Assembly: GCA_964016885.1 (NCBI GenBank) | Contig: OZ024747.1 | Location: 73,780,001 to 73,844,000, forward strand | Source: Eledone cirrhosa | Taxonomy: Eukaryota | Length of the DNA stretch: 64,000 bases | Direction: 5' to 3' | The notes under the pieces: model-generated | Databases searched by the model: none | What the model saw: the letters and a program-made list of their open reading frames with translations, nothing else | Told to the model about the DNA's origin: nothing | Position numbers and translations under genes: made by a program | Shown: positions 16,990 through 31,924 of the stretch, in pieces | Numbering within the stretch: the stretch's first letter is position 1 | Layout: each line of letters begins with the position of its first letter

Positions 16990-17048
<59 letters not shown>

Positions 17049-20043
17049 GAGAGAGAGAATATGATATAGGGCGAGAAATAGAAAGAGTGAGAAAATGAGA
17101 GAGAGGAAGGGAGATGCAGCGGGAAAGAGAGAAATGAAGAGAAGTGGAAGGACAAATAGTCAGGATAGAAGGTAGTAAAGATAATCAGGTATATAGAGAG
17201 ACAGAATAAGAGAACGGAGGAAAGTGAGCAGGAAATAGAGAAAGAAAGAAAGCAAGAAAAAAAAGAAAGAAAGAAAGAAAGATAGAAAGAAAGAAAGAAA
17301 AGCAGATATAATTTTGGTTGAATAATTCAATACAAACTTTCTGAAACATTGCTTGATTAATTAATTAATGTTGACAACGTAACAGATATGTTTTGGATTT
17401 AAATTTAGATTTTTATTAGCAGCAATTTTCGTTGAAAATCGCCATGAATTTCATAACTTCGATGCCAAAGCTTATTAACGAAATATTTACGTGCATTTGT
17501 CTAAACGCATTGCTGTTAAATTTGTGAGTGACTTTACTAAGCCATGTGAATAATGAATTATAATCAGGCAGTCATAGATATTTCTATGGCTGTACTATCA
17601 GAAAACAGGTCTGAATTCGGAAATCATGATTCAGTCAGTTTACAGTCTTGATGGTTTGATATATTTATATATCAGTATACGTTCAAAATTCTTTAAAAAT
17701 TCTGATTAAGTAAGGCCAGCAATTTAAATGTTGCTTAAACTTAGGTCAGCTAAAAGGTTATATCTGTGTATTCATTCTAGATTAAAATTGTATAATGTTT
17801 AAACATTTCACGATGCTGAATGAATTGTATATACCAATGTAGAGTATGTATAGCCTATTCGGTTTCTGATGTTTCACTTACGTTTTGTAACACATTAAGG
17901 CATAGTTTTAATTTAAGATTGATTTCACCGCTTTTTCTATTAAGTTGATGGCGTTTCAAGGAGTTGCAACATACCTTAAATAAAATATTGTTAAATCATT
18001 TTAATATAAGCTAGATGCGTCCATCCCTTCCCGGATTAATAGTATACATAAATGCGTTCAAATGTGTATATTTAAACACCTGATTTTGACGACAAACAGC
18101 ATAATACTACTTCGATAAATATTTTGTAAGCATACGTTTATTTCGATATCTTGTAATTATAACAACAGTAAGACCGTAGGGGCATATTTCAGTTGGTGTT
18201 TCTTACACAATAAATGTACTTACGAGAGGGCTTGTAGTATGTTGTATAATTAATTAAATACAATTTATTGAAAACAGCTCTTTCTTTCACAACATATTAA
18301 CATTTCTTACCATTCGGCTTCACATATGAGATCCACGCCTAGCGGCATCGTATTTATTTTGACAATTATTTTCAAAATATTTCGTGCAAAATCCTTGTTA
18401 AATGCATCGTGTGTTTATTTCCTCTTGTGTAAAACAGATAAATAAATATATAACATGAAATGCCTACTAAGAGGGTGATCTCTCAATAAAGCAGTTCAGT
18501 TATAGAATAAGAGTATATTTATATGTTTTCTGTCATGTTTTCTATCAAAACTTTGTATTACTGAACCGTTTATTTGTTTGTCGTTTCATACTATAAATAT
18601 AAAATATAAAACCTACGCCCGTATCGTCTTTTAGAAATACATAAATTAAACAACTGTTCCTTTCGACTTTGGTTAAACACGCATGCTTATGACAGAAACG
18701 TTTATAAAGGAGTTGAATAACGTTATCAACTATCAATTATAAATAACATTTGATGGTGAAGTCTTACTTTTAATATAGAACCGTTTATAGTTAACTTATT
18801 TTCAATGTCGAATCAAATTAAGAAGAAACCAAATGAAAGACGTACGATTCTCTTTAGACATTCTTATTAGATATTCTCTTAATTTAATTTAAATTCTAAC
18901 AATCAACCAAAAGGAACTACCTACAACTTAAGCCAATCTTTTTTCTTAGCTTGTTTATTACAATTTTAATGTGATTCGAAATTACATAGATTTATCGCTA
19001 ACGTTTCTCAGTTTGAAATATTTTGCTCTGAATATATGCTTTAACAGCGCTAGTTTTATCTTCTGAAATGAAGAAAATATCCACCGTTGTTGTATAAAAA
19101 CGTTGGGGTGGTCATAAGTAGAATGCGTTCGATAATATACATTTTCGGCCAAAGCAGAATTAAGGCTATACAACAATAACTAGCTGAGCCCGCTGAATTC
19201 GTTCTTTTTAATTTGGTATAATAAAAGTTTCCCACATTATATATAGGGTGTGTCGTCTAACGTTTATTAATAAGGGGGACGGATAAAATAACATAACCGA
19301 CAATTTCTGAAGTCTATGAAACATCTAGGAGGTGAATGGAGTTGTTACAGGTCGTATATAATTTGGGTAATTGTCGTGTATTAGCACTATACGCGTTGAT
19401 TTTATTGTTGCTGAAGTTAGTTCCATGTTTACTCTAATTGACCAAAATTTACATCCATGAAAATTATGTTTTTTGTACATATAAATGGCCTCATTGTCCA
19501 CTGGATAGTTCTTTATTCAAGAGGAGAGTGTACTTGAAGAGACATAACAACCTGTTAAAAATAGCAACTACTCTCTCAAATATTGAAATAATATTTTATA
19601 AGTTTTACATGTAACTCTAAAAGCAATAAAATTATCCCAACTTTAATTTTCGGTTTGCTCATTCATGTGTAACCAGTGGATAAACAATAGCTATTTCATA
19701 AATAGAAATAACAATAACAACAACAATGTAAAGGCGTGTATGGTATCATATGTAAATTATATTATTGTTTAAAGGGAACATTTTGTCAAATACAGTTTAG
19801 ATCAAATAGACTAAAGTTGTATGTTAACCCACTCTGTCTTTGCTGTAGTCAACCCTGACGATTGGTTACTCCTTCATTACGTGTATAGGTTGGTGACGCG
19901 CGTTTCGCCTTTCATCAGCTCAAGGTTCGATCTGTATCGATCTAACCCGACTCTGTAATCCGCGTCTTGTCAGACACTTTGTAATGGTAATGGAAACATG
20001 AATATATGTATGTATGTATATATATATATATATATATGTGTGC

Positions 20044-20144
<101 letters not shown>

Positions 20145-20583
20145 TGTGTGTGTGTTTGTGTGTGTGTGTTTGTGTGTATATTACCGTGAATTTATTCGTC
20201 TTACATCTTTAGCAGATGCATTTCATTATTATTTTTTTATGATTTTCCGCACACTCAAAGTAGAGCCCGAGTTAACTCCGATTATAATTTCTGTCTCAGA
20301 AAGTAGAATAACATGTGAATGGTGTGAACATTGTCTACCATTAACATTCCGGAAAAGAAGAATACGAATTCGTGACACTAAAACATAAAATCCACCATTT
20401 TGTAATCTGAGAGAATTCGAAATTCTAAGTTTAAAAGTAGTGAAGTATCGACACATAAAGAAAAATGATTTCCTCTAATGCGATAAAGTTCTTTGAGATC
20501 TAATTATCGATCTAGTGCTTATTTAAAATTATCAGGATATGAGTGATTAAGGTTCGAAGTACTTTTAAAATAGAAATTATCTC

Positions 20584-21420
<837 letters not shown>

Positions 21421-21456
21421 CACTATCTCTCTCCCTCTCTTAATAACCTATTATAT

Positions 21457-21688
21457 CAGGCATGTCAAACATGCGGCCCTTTACAAGCACACCTGCGGTC
21501 CGCACAAAGGGTTTTATTGCGCGAACATGTTTTATCTTCGTAATATAAAATTTAAAAAAATAGTTGTAACGTGTGCAATTAGTTGTCGCGTGTGACCCTC
21601 AGACAGCACATCTGTGACCCATGTGACCCTCAGACAGCACATCTGTGACCCATGTGGCCCTCTGGGTATTTCCAGTTTGACATGCCAG
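21457..21688. mobile_element. hAT-like MITE
   Basis: TIRs CAGGCATGTCAAAC / GTTTGACATGCCAG (13/14), subterminal gcggccc motifs, internal 30-bp tandem duplication. No TSD seen. Confidence 0.7.
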
Positions 21689-21736
21689 TTTTAACCTGCA
21701 ATCCATGTCTCATTTCTGTCGCACCTCAACCCCTAA

Positions 21737-21831
<95 letters not shown>

Positions 21832-21874
21832 TTCTATCTCTCTCTTTCTCTCTCTCTCTCTCTTTCTTCCTCTC

Positions 21875-23240
21875 TGTGATTTTTGAATCTACTATGATTT
21901 GGCCTTACTTTACACATATATATATGTTTTTGCATGTCAGTTAGGTTCAAACTTATAATGATTGACATTATATATATTATTTGTTAAAATAATTAAATTA
22001 AATCAATTCAACAGTTAAACACGCGTAGGAATAATAAGGTTGTTACCAAAGATCCAAGTGAACCCTAAATATTACTAATAGCCCTAGGAAAGCCCTGAAC
22101 AACACCACATCTTTCTAACTTAGATTTTGAAAGTAGGTTTATAATTATTAATTTTTATTACACTTTTGTAGCTGTCTCGGTGGACTAGTTGTAGGAATCG
22201 TAGACGGTCGTAATCCTGGTCTGAAGTTCGATCCTGGTTAGAAGTAGGGGTTCCCGCTAAACTTTTAAGTTTTTTCTATTGTTTGTAAAATAAAAACTGA
22301 AAAAGATTTCTCATAACTCTTGACCAGGATTGAACCCAAGGCCAAGTTCTCCACTGTCTCTAGTACATACCACTAGGTCGCATAGACAGCTCCGAAAATC
22401 TGATGAAAATTCATACTTATATACCTACTTTCAAAATGTTCACTACAAAATGATGTGTTGTCTTTCTTAATGCTGCTACTTAAGGTCGACTTCTAAATCA
22501 TTAGGGTGTTCCATAAACTACATCCTCGTTTTGTTTCTCATCTATCTAGAATATATTTTAACCTGTAACCTATGTTTCATTTCTGTCACATCTCCTCCCT
22601 CCTCTCTCTCTTTCTCTCTGTGATATTTGAATCTACTATGATATGACCTTACCTTATTCATATATATGTTTTTGTATGTCAGTTAGATTCAAATTTACAA
22701 AGGCATATAGATATGATCTGTTTGTTGAAATATTTAATTAAATTAATTCATCAGTTAAACACACATAGGAATAAAAGGGTTACCAAAGAGCCAGAAGATT
22801 GACAAGTCGACCCTAAATATGACTAATATCTCTAGGAGGAAAGCCATGAAGGACAGCACATCTTTCTAACTTTGATTTTGAAAGTAGGTTTATAATTATT
22901 AATTTTCATTATACTTCCGTAGTTATACTTCCGGTGGTGATCCTGGTCTGAAGTTCGATCCTGGTCGGGAGTAGGGTTCCCGTTAAACTTCTTCAGTTTT
23001 TTTTATATAGGATGTAAAATAAAAAAATTAAAAAGATTACTCGCACCTCTTGAGTAGGATTGAACCCAAGGACCGGATCGCCATCGTCTCTATTACTTAC
23101 CACTAGGCCACATACACAACTACGAAAGCTTATTGAAAATTCATACTTATAAACGTACTTTCGAAATTTTCAATACAAAATGATGTTTTGTCGTCATGTC
23201 TTTCTTAATGTTATTGCTCCTACTTAAGGTCGACGTCTTA
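21875..23240. repeat. Tandem duplication of a ~620-bp unit containing a fold-back element with two convergent tRNA-like segments
   Basis: 21875-22500 resembles 22617-23240. Each unit has inverted ends (aagtcgaccctaa/ttaaggtcgac; tttgaaagtaggtttata/tatacctactttcaaaa) and B boxes on opposite strands. Confidence 0.75.
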
Positions 23241-24516
23241 ATAATTTGCAAGCGCACCTGATCAGTATGACTTTTCAGTAGATAATACAGCGGGTGTATG
23301 TTTTATCTTCATGATCGTAAATCCAACAACTTTACCACTAAGCTAATTCAATCATTAGGTCTCTGTGTAAAGCCGACGGAATCAAATCCGATATATTTTA
23401 TACTCTATATATTATGATGATTTATAAAACAAATCTCAGTTGAAGATTATATAATTTTAAATGGTTGGCAGTTAAAATTATCACGATATAAATATCATCT
23501 AAAAGAAGGTAAGACCGAGAGAGAAACTGCATCGTAGTTCCTCAACTCGCTGAACTAAATTAGATTGAATCTAGAGTTTTGAATCAAGAGGCAACAAAAT
23601 ATTCCAAGATTTTCCTGTACATTATAGGAAACATTATATACATTTCATTCAAAATATTGTATTTGAACTTGACGTACTTAACTAGATAATCTAGTCAATT
23701 TTACAAAGTTGAGTATAAAGTAATGAACGGTATTTCATTCACAAACTTTACAAATATATGCTATAAGCCACCACATGAAATGGTTCAAAACACACAAGAA
23801 ATGACACAAAAAGCCTGTAAGTTCGAATTGTTAAAGGCTTACTAACTATTTTTCTTTGTAGAAATATGTTAAGGAATGTCTATAAAGGCCTTCTTAAACT
23901 GGGAAATATAAACAAGATTGATGTCATTTTTATAGATATTTCTTACATTTGGCGAGAAATAGATTTAGTTCTAGAGAGAAATGTCCAGTAATGTTTTAAA
24001 CAAATAATTCTAAATCTGTAATAGTGGTGAACTCTAAACCCTTCTATGTGTAAAAGAAAAAAGAAGGTAGGAAATATCAGTTGTGAATTAATTGTGTGTA
24101 AGTGCAAATGTTTTTCTTATCAATGAAATAATCAGGTTTAGTCAAGAATGTGAAGAATTTACGTATAGATTTGCAGAAAGGAGTAGTTTCAATATTTAAC
24201 ATATAAAAAGTGTAAGCGTTGTGATCACTTACGTTTTATGGGAAAAAGTTCAAATGTTTTCTGCGAGGCAAAACGAGATTTTATGTTATCAGATGTTTTG
24301 TGCGCTTGAAATATATTTATTTCCTTTTAGCTCGACTTATCATTTTATGTGAGGTGTATATTTAATTTAATTTACTCTAAATATTAGTATTATTAAGTAG
24401 AACTTTTGGGGTTGAAACAAAAAGCGACTAAGATGAAAATTGAATCCACCAACATGAATTGAAAACACACACACGCGCACACACACACACACGCACACAA
24501 ACTCATATATATACAC

Positions 24517-24562
<46 letters not shown>

Positions 24563-24576
24563 ACACACACACACAC

Positions 24577-24640
<64 letters not shown>

Positions 24641-25240
24641 GCATCAATGTTGATCTCAAGTTGACTAAATAAGTTCATTAACTAACATTATATCTATTTG
24701 TGTTAGTGTGAAACCAACTGACACTGATAAAAGGTTAACATCAGTAGGTACCATAAATATAAGATATAGGAAAAATCCGGCTACCGAATTATAAATCCGG
24801 TAACATGTATAGAAAGCAATGTTGGAAAATACAGATATCTGCTACTAAAACAAATGTCAGACTTCTGTTGAAAAGGTCGACTACATCAACAGGAAGCAAA
24901 TCCAGGGGTGCAGACTATTTCATCCGTTGAAGGATTCCGATAAACCATGTATATAAATACAACAAAATTCAATTAATTCCCATTTAGCTTTATTTGTAAG
25001 TGTATTTTATACCAAATCATATTTCTTTAATGCTGTAGATACACACTTTCTATTTCAAAGCACGGAAATACTATAGCTACCATTCTCAGCTTGGAATGAA
25101 TGTAGGACAATGCCAAAGCTAGAATGTGTGTGAAGGAGTATTATTACATCTGTGTAAAGACAACTTTCTTTCTCTCTCTCTTCCCCCTCCCTCTCTCTGT
25201 GTCTCTCTCTCTCTTTCTCTCTCAATATACCCCACAATAC

Positions 25241-25274
<34 letters not shown>

Positions 25275-25799
25275 TTCTATATATATATAAATGGAAGGTG
25301 TTTCTGCCTGACTTGTTCCCAGGAATTAGTTAACGAACACCCACGAATATTCTAGTGTATTTCATGATGTATAAACCAGTAATTTATATTAAAATTAATT
25401 CCATTTATTTTCCTATACTCTTATAAAATAATCTGACTGATCTGTTTAGAATTGTCTCCCTTATTCCCTTCTGTAATGAAAACAAATGGAATAAGAGAAA
25501 GGATGAGAGAGTGAAACAGATAATTATGAGTGTAAAAATATCAATTCTTTCCTTCTTTACTCTAATGCAAGACTTGATGTTTCCAAATTCAACTAACAGA
25601 AATGTAAGGAATACCCTTCGTGATTGAGTACATGTCCCCATGAGAAGTCACGTGTCCTAGGGATTAGAATGATCGGCTCACGATAGTAAGTTCGGGAGTT
25701 CGACACCCAGACCTGATGGCACGTTCTTTCGTACTGTAGACTCAGCTGGGTAAATGTGTTTTTGGCAGCTTTCTATCTTTGGCTTGAGAAGAGGTGAAG

Positions 25800-26136
25800 T
25801 CTTGATTAGTCACCGAATTCACCAGTTTGCCGTTTGAAAAGGTGTTATTGCATGTAGGTGTCGTACAATATGGTGCTTACCACCCCGGGACGAGAACGTG
25901 GTGATGAGCTGGTCTTTTATCGTCCCCTTAGTTGTGCCTTGATAGTATGCGATCATCTGTTTGAGGGGCCACAAATTCATCCTTTTGACGTCTGAGACGG
26001 TGTCATTGCATGTAGAATCGCAAACATAGCACTTACTACACCGGGTCGAGAACATCGTTTTGGTTTGGCTTTTTACCATCAGCTTAGTCAAGCCTTGCTA
26101 GCTTGAACTGGAGGGGAAGCCTGCGCCATCCAAGCC
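25800..26136 (-). mobile_element. Probable 5' end of a decayed RTE-like LINE
   Basis: Relatively GC-rich island starting with an HDV-like fold, followed by a degenerate LR.STCN motif resembling an APE N-terminus (ATWNVRTL). Confidence 0.4.
26077..26136 (-). ncRNA. Candidate HDV-like self-cleaving ribozyme (degenerate)
   Basis: P1 GGCTTGG/TCAAGCT with G1.U; P3 GCT/AGT; L3 TCCCCTCC; short P4 CAAG/CTTG; J4/2 ACTAA; P2 CAG/CTG. P1.1 is AG rather than GG. Confidence 0.45.
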
Positions 26137-26912
26137 ATGCTTTATGATCTCGTTGAGATCAACATATTGGGGGAGGCGGCAGGTTCCATCTGTTCTCCGA
26201 GTTGAAAACCCACCGAAGTCAATTTTGTCTGTCATCCATTCGAGTCTGATAGAAAAAGTACAAGTAAAATACTGGAGTCGATCTTTCTTCTATATCTCTT
26301 TCTCGCTTCCATTCTATCATTATTTATCCTTCTCTAGTTCTCTGGAAAACTCTGGTGCACTCAGATCTGGAGAGGATTGTGCTCCACGAGTTTTAAAATG
26401 CACAAGAATCGCCGTATTTCACGCAGAAGCCAGAGGACCATGTATAGTATTTTAGTATGTTCAATATGTAAGTATGTATGTATGTATAAACCTTGTGTAC
26501 ATAGCTCCTCGAAGTAATTCTATCACAAGTATTCTTTGTGGCAATAAAATAACAATGTTCGACAACTTTGAACTACTGATCTTTATATGTTAATCACATT
26601 TCTATATCTATTTCAGAGATTGACATAGAATTTCTAATTTCTTTTTAATCACATTCAATTCCATCTTATATTTGTCCCTTGTTTTATTTTTTAATGTTAT
26701 ATTCACATCTTAATTATTGTAATTTCATTTAATTTAAATTGGAACTATAAAACAAAATACAGGGAAACAACAAAATATTTCTTAGTTGCGACCATTATTG
26801 ATTCAGGTTTGTAATTTTAATTACTTCTTCAATAAAATATACAATTATCTTTTCCTTCCTATAAAATACCAGTTTTTTTTTATAAATTTATTGCATTATT
26901 TCTACGTATCTG

Positions 26913-27092
26913 GTGGATTGGCAGTATCGGTAGAGGGTCGGACGCCATGCTTTCCAGCATAGTTACGTCCCTTTATGATCTGAGTTCAAATCCCGCCGAG
27001 GTTGACTTTGCCTTTCATCCTTACGGGGTCGATAAAATAAAGTACCAGTAATGCACTGGATAATTGCTGGCCTTGTGCCTAAAGTAGAAACA
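26913..27092 (+). mobile_element. Full-length SINE copy with 18-bp target-site duplication
   Basis: Collinear with 4171-4356. TSD attatttctacg(t/c)atctg at 26895-26912 and 27093-27110. Confidence 0.92.
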
Positions 27093-27297
27093 ATTATTTC
27101 TACGCATCTGTTCTGTCCAGATTTAAAGTTGTAGATACTTCTATACTATAGTATCTATTAAAACTATTCCCATCAACCAAATATGCTGAGAAGTGGACAA
27201 TACAAAGACACGGGGCGGGCTGGGTATATAAAGTGTAGTGGCAATGGCTGTGCGCCTGTCAGCTGGAGCAGGTAAAAGTGTAAACGAGTAAAGAGTA

Positions 27298-28030
27298 TAC
27301 GAGGTGTGTCAGAAAAGTTCCAGGACTGATGTCACAAAAGATTTATTTCAAACCTAAACTTCACACTAAGAGTTTTCTCCTTCAAAGTAATCCATCTGGA
27401 GTATGTAACTGTAATCTTAGCTCTGCAGCGATCAAACTTTTTTCTTCATAATTTTATATACATGTCCTCTGTTTCAGGTCGTCAAGCAATGAGAACAGAG
27501 AAACGAACAAACTTGAAGTTTCAGGTACGGTTGGGGAAAACTCAGTTGCAGCAAGTGTATGGAGCTGAGAGGATGTCTCGCTCACGTGTTTTTGAGGGGT
27601 GCCAGAGGTTTAAAGAAGGACGCGAGGACGTGGAAGTTGACCCCAAGAGCGGAAGGCCCTCAACAACCAGGACTGAGGTCAAACTTTGAGCGCGTCAGGC
27701 AGATGGTGCGTAGCGATCGTCGGCTGACTGTTCGACTGATGGCAAATAAGCTGGTCATGAATCGGAAAGATTCTCACTGAAGATTTGGACATGCGGAAAG
27801 TCTGCGCGAGGATGGTGCCAAAACTGCTGAACGAGAACCAGAAGGGTCGACGTATGCAAGTGTGCCAGGACATCCTCGAACGTCTTAAAACCGAACCAGA
27901 CTTGCTAGGGACAGTCATCACCGGTGATGAGTCGTGGATCTTCGAATACGACCCGGAGGGGACCCGTTTTGAAGACGTGGACGACATCAAAAAGGCCGTG
28001 ACGACGGAACTGCGGAGGATCCCGGAAGAA

Positions 28031-28032
<2 letters not shown>
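27298..28032 (+). mobile_element. Internally deleted, 3'-truncated mariner transposon
   Basis: TA plus a TIR-like CGAGGTGTGTCAGAAAAGTTCC. Transposase fragments RFKEGREDVE.DPKSGRPST, DRRLTVR, RKVCARMVPKLL, VITGDESWIFEYDPE joined directly to C-terminal GTRFEDVDDIKKAV. Ends in (CA)n. Confidence 0.9.
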
Positions 28033-28100
<68 letters not shown>

Positions 28101-28126
28101 ACACACACACACACACATATATACAT

Positions 28127-28158
<32 letters not shown>

Positions 28159-29670
28159 CACGCATATATATATATATACGCATTTATATATGTACACATG
28201 TATGTGTGTGTGTGTGCATGTGTGTGTTTATATATATATGGGTAGTGTATTATGTTCTTGTAATGATTTGAAGTGAATTGCTGTCTACTATATTTTGTCC
28301 AAAAGTTAAACTATCCTTCTCTCCTTATTGTCAACAGTATGTATAAGTGTCTATAGATGGTGTTTGCTATATTCTTGTAAGGCGGCCTGCGACATCCAAC
28401 ATCTGGTTTGTTATTGTTTAATTCAAATATTTACTTCATTGTAAATGTTTAGGAGCGAACACTAGTATCATCTGTTGGAGCTACATGATTGAACCCATCT
28501 AGTGTTTTTTATGTTCTTCACTGAGTATTTAAAGTTTATCCCATTATGACACCTGCTACAATAGATGCGCTGCTTATATCAACCAATGTGAGTAGTAGTT
28601 ATATGACATCTCGTGTAAGACACCCTGTACACATTGCCATATGGATGATTGAGATCCACAGAAATACTACAAAGAATGCTTTGTAATCTCTGCCATACAT
28701 TATTATATTGTAAATTCGCTTTAATCTACGTTATAAATTTAGATAGTAAACTGCAATACAGAATTAATTACAACAGATATTCGTGTGAACAAGATATAAC
28801 GAGAAGTCAATTGTGTCATGAATTCCCTAGGAAGTACGAGAGGACAACAGCAGAATATTCAATACTCGAGATATTTCCGTGCAACTGAAATATTATATAG
28901 ATCAATGAAACACCACAAGGACGATGTTGTATATGTAAGGACATCATGACTATTGCAATAATTCTTATTACTTCAAATAGTGAAGCTACCATACATTTTC
29001 AAACGATGAGAGATAACAAAGGATACAGAACATTGGATATATATATATATGCACACACATATGTGTGTTTGTGAGTGTGCATTCCTGTGTGTTTGTGTGT
29101 GTTTGTGTGTACGCGTGAGTGTGTGTATGTGTGTGTGTATTTGTGCATATGTATGTGGTTGCGTGATTGTGCGTGCGTGAGTATAATTGTGTATTTAAAT
29201 CTGTGAGCAGGTTGTTTTTCTCTCGTAATTAATTTGCCAAGAAATTATAGCATCACACTCGACGACCCACGTCACTTGAGATACTGAATTTATAACTGTC
29301 CTTCGCATGTTCTTTAAATCATTTCAGATAATATAAAGCCTACCGAAAAAAACAAAACAATTAATGTTTGTTGGTCTTTTCGGGTGTGTTTCTGTATGAT
29401 TTCTATGTGGTCTAATTTTTATCCAATCAGCTGACTTGTTTGATCTGTATTCAACTTTGTTCTTCATTACTTTACTCCTGTTTTAGATTCTTTCACTTCC
29501 CTGTAATCGACGTTCAATTTTGAAATGTCACTCCGCCGGATATATTTGATGAGTTTCAACGAATTTCTTTCTTCCAATTGTTACATTGTTAAGTATTTCA
29601 TTATCATTCGAAATAGTTTACACCAATTATATCATATCATTCAGATATATCTTGAAGACACACACAAACT

Positions 29671-29827
<157 letters not shown>

Positions 29828-30196
29828 AACTGATCCCACGGACTTTCACTGGGGGGGATAAAGTTAATAGAAATAGTTGGTGCTCAAGCATGAAGATGCT
29901 ATAAAGTTGCTTATAACATACAGTGAAGGCCCTTAGTAACGGAAAAGCGAGTTGCCATCGGCAGTTCCGAAGGCTACTTATATTTCTCTAAGGCCTTCAC
30001 CCTATATATATGTATATATATATATATAGAGAGAGAGATAAATCTACACGGGTGTGTATGATTGTGTATAGAAGATTATATTAATAAAAAGAATTCCAAC
30101 TTTGTCTGATTTACTCGTTTTATTTACAATCCTTTAATATTTATAATGGTATTAGAATGAAATAGTATAGTAGAATATTAAATGTTAAGTGTTAAT

Positions 30197-30235
30197 TGAA
30201 CAAGTACTTTCATGCTTTCGCTATCTTCAGGTTCA
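30197..30235 (-). ncRNA. Minimal type I hammerhead ribozyme
   Basis: TGAAC-CTGAAGA-TAGC GAAA GCAT-GAAA-GTAC-TT-GTTCA. Palindromic stem III; stem II partly mispaired. Confidence 0.7.
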
Positions 30236-30514
30236 TAATGTGTGGTGACAGTCAAGTTTGCAATTTTCAATATATATATATTAGTTTTGCGAGGATATTT
30301 GATATGAAATCATAACACATTAATATACTTGGGGAGGGTCATATTGTTGTAATAATATTGCCAGAATTAATAACAGAACACACTCACTGTTTGGTTGGTT
30401 TTCGCTTCTGTATCTCTTATATCAGTTAATTTATTCGGTTATCAATGTTTACCATTGAATGACCAACGGTCAAAAATACAGATATAATATAGACACAAAC
30501 ACATATAAATAGTC

Positions 30515-30557
30515 TAACAAAGTTCTTTCGTTGCACATCTGCAACACCGTCAGTGGT
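30515..30557 (-). ncRNA. Degenerate type I hammerhead (family C)
   Basis: CTGACGG-T-GTTGCA GATG TGCAAC-GAAA-GAAC-TT-TG. Same layout as 53393-53435. Confidence 0.55.
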
Positions 30558-31224
30558 GCTATTATGTTTCCTCCTGTTGTATTGTATGTCTACGCCATCT
30601 TTATTTAATCTGTTTGTTTATTTATATATTTATTTTTTGTCTTCTTCTCTGCGCATGCGTTTGCGTGTGTGTATAGTGTTTGATGTGTGTTCGTGTTTGG
30701 GTGACTGTGTTTTGGTTATTTTATTCTATCTTAGTTTACTAGTGTGTATTTATATGTGTTTGTTGTTATTGTGCTTGTGTATGTATTCATTTATTTATTT
30801 ATATTTCACTTAGGTTAGTATTGTTTGTTTTGGGTATTGTTGTTATTCCATTCATTTTTTCTGTTTAGCTTTGGCCTTCTAAGTTCTATTTCGCTGGCAT
30901 CTCTGATTTGCTTATCTGCTGGGTCACTTCTATGTTTAGATATTATTTTAATTTCTATGTTCTCTATGTTACCGTCGTGTTGTTGTCTGGCGTGTTTGTA
31001 TAGTACTGAACCGTTTTTCGTCCTTTTAGTTCCCCCCAGTATTGGTCTATCCTTCACCTATGCTACAAGCTGTCTCGCCTATGTATGTTGTTACCAACCA
31101 AACAGTGAGTGTGTTCTGTTATTAATTCTGGAAATATTATTACAACAATATTACCCTCCCCTATATATATATATATATATATATAAATAGGGGAGGGTCA
31201 TATTGTTGTAATAATAATAATAAT

Positions 31225-31286
<62 letters not shown>

Positions 31287-31851
31287 GTAACCCATAATTT
31301 ATTACTAATTCACCACCACTCACGAACACGGTTGACCTCTTTAAACGAAGTGTAAAGTACCAAACTTCAGATATTCCCGTGTGCTGTACTAGTAATAGAA
31401 TCCTTAATTTCCAGGAGCAGCGTAATATTTCAGATATCACAGACGTCTCACTTATCGTCTATGTATTAACCACACTCTACATCTTCACACATTAATACCT
31501 TACAAAACAAATACCCGTTGTTACCCACACACCAGACAAAAACAAAAAAGATGATGAACGATATGAAGTTAAAATGGTCATTATTAAGCATTAGAAAGGA
31601 AAGCAAAAGATAAATGCTATCACGGGTGTCCTACAGCTATTTCCCACAACTAGTTCTATTAATCGTAAGATCAAGAAAATAATATTCAAGACAGTAAAAT
31701 ACTCAGTCCGTTATATTTTAGTAACATGAACTTACATGACCATAAATATTTTGTTACGTATCATACCCCATCTGATGTCATATATATATATATATATATT
31801 TAACACACACACACAAACACACACACACACCCATACCCACACACATGTATA

Positions 31852-31923
<72 letters not shown>

Positions 31924-31924
31924 G

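Larger units (their letters stand above)
30041..31161 (-). mobile_element. PLE family C 3' end: GIY-YIG C-terminal relic, two HHRs and an inverted 5' piece
   Basis: ORF 30815-31057 (SVLYKHARQQH..IEIKII..RDASEIELRRPKLNRKNEW). 31093-31161 is an inverted copy of 30331-30399. (TA)n flanks. Confidence 0.8.

Noticed and set aside
21590-21655. CRISPR-like short direct repeats (also 39370-39500 and 58756-58809)
   Set aside because: Adjacent tandem duplications with no unique spacers, in eukaryotic transposon context.
22170-22391. Real tRNA genes
   Set aside because: A and B boxes are present but I could not build a cloverleaf, and the segments are embedded in a repeat.
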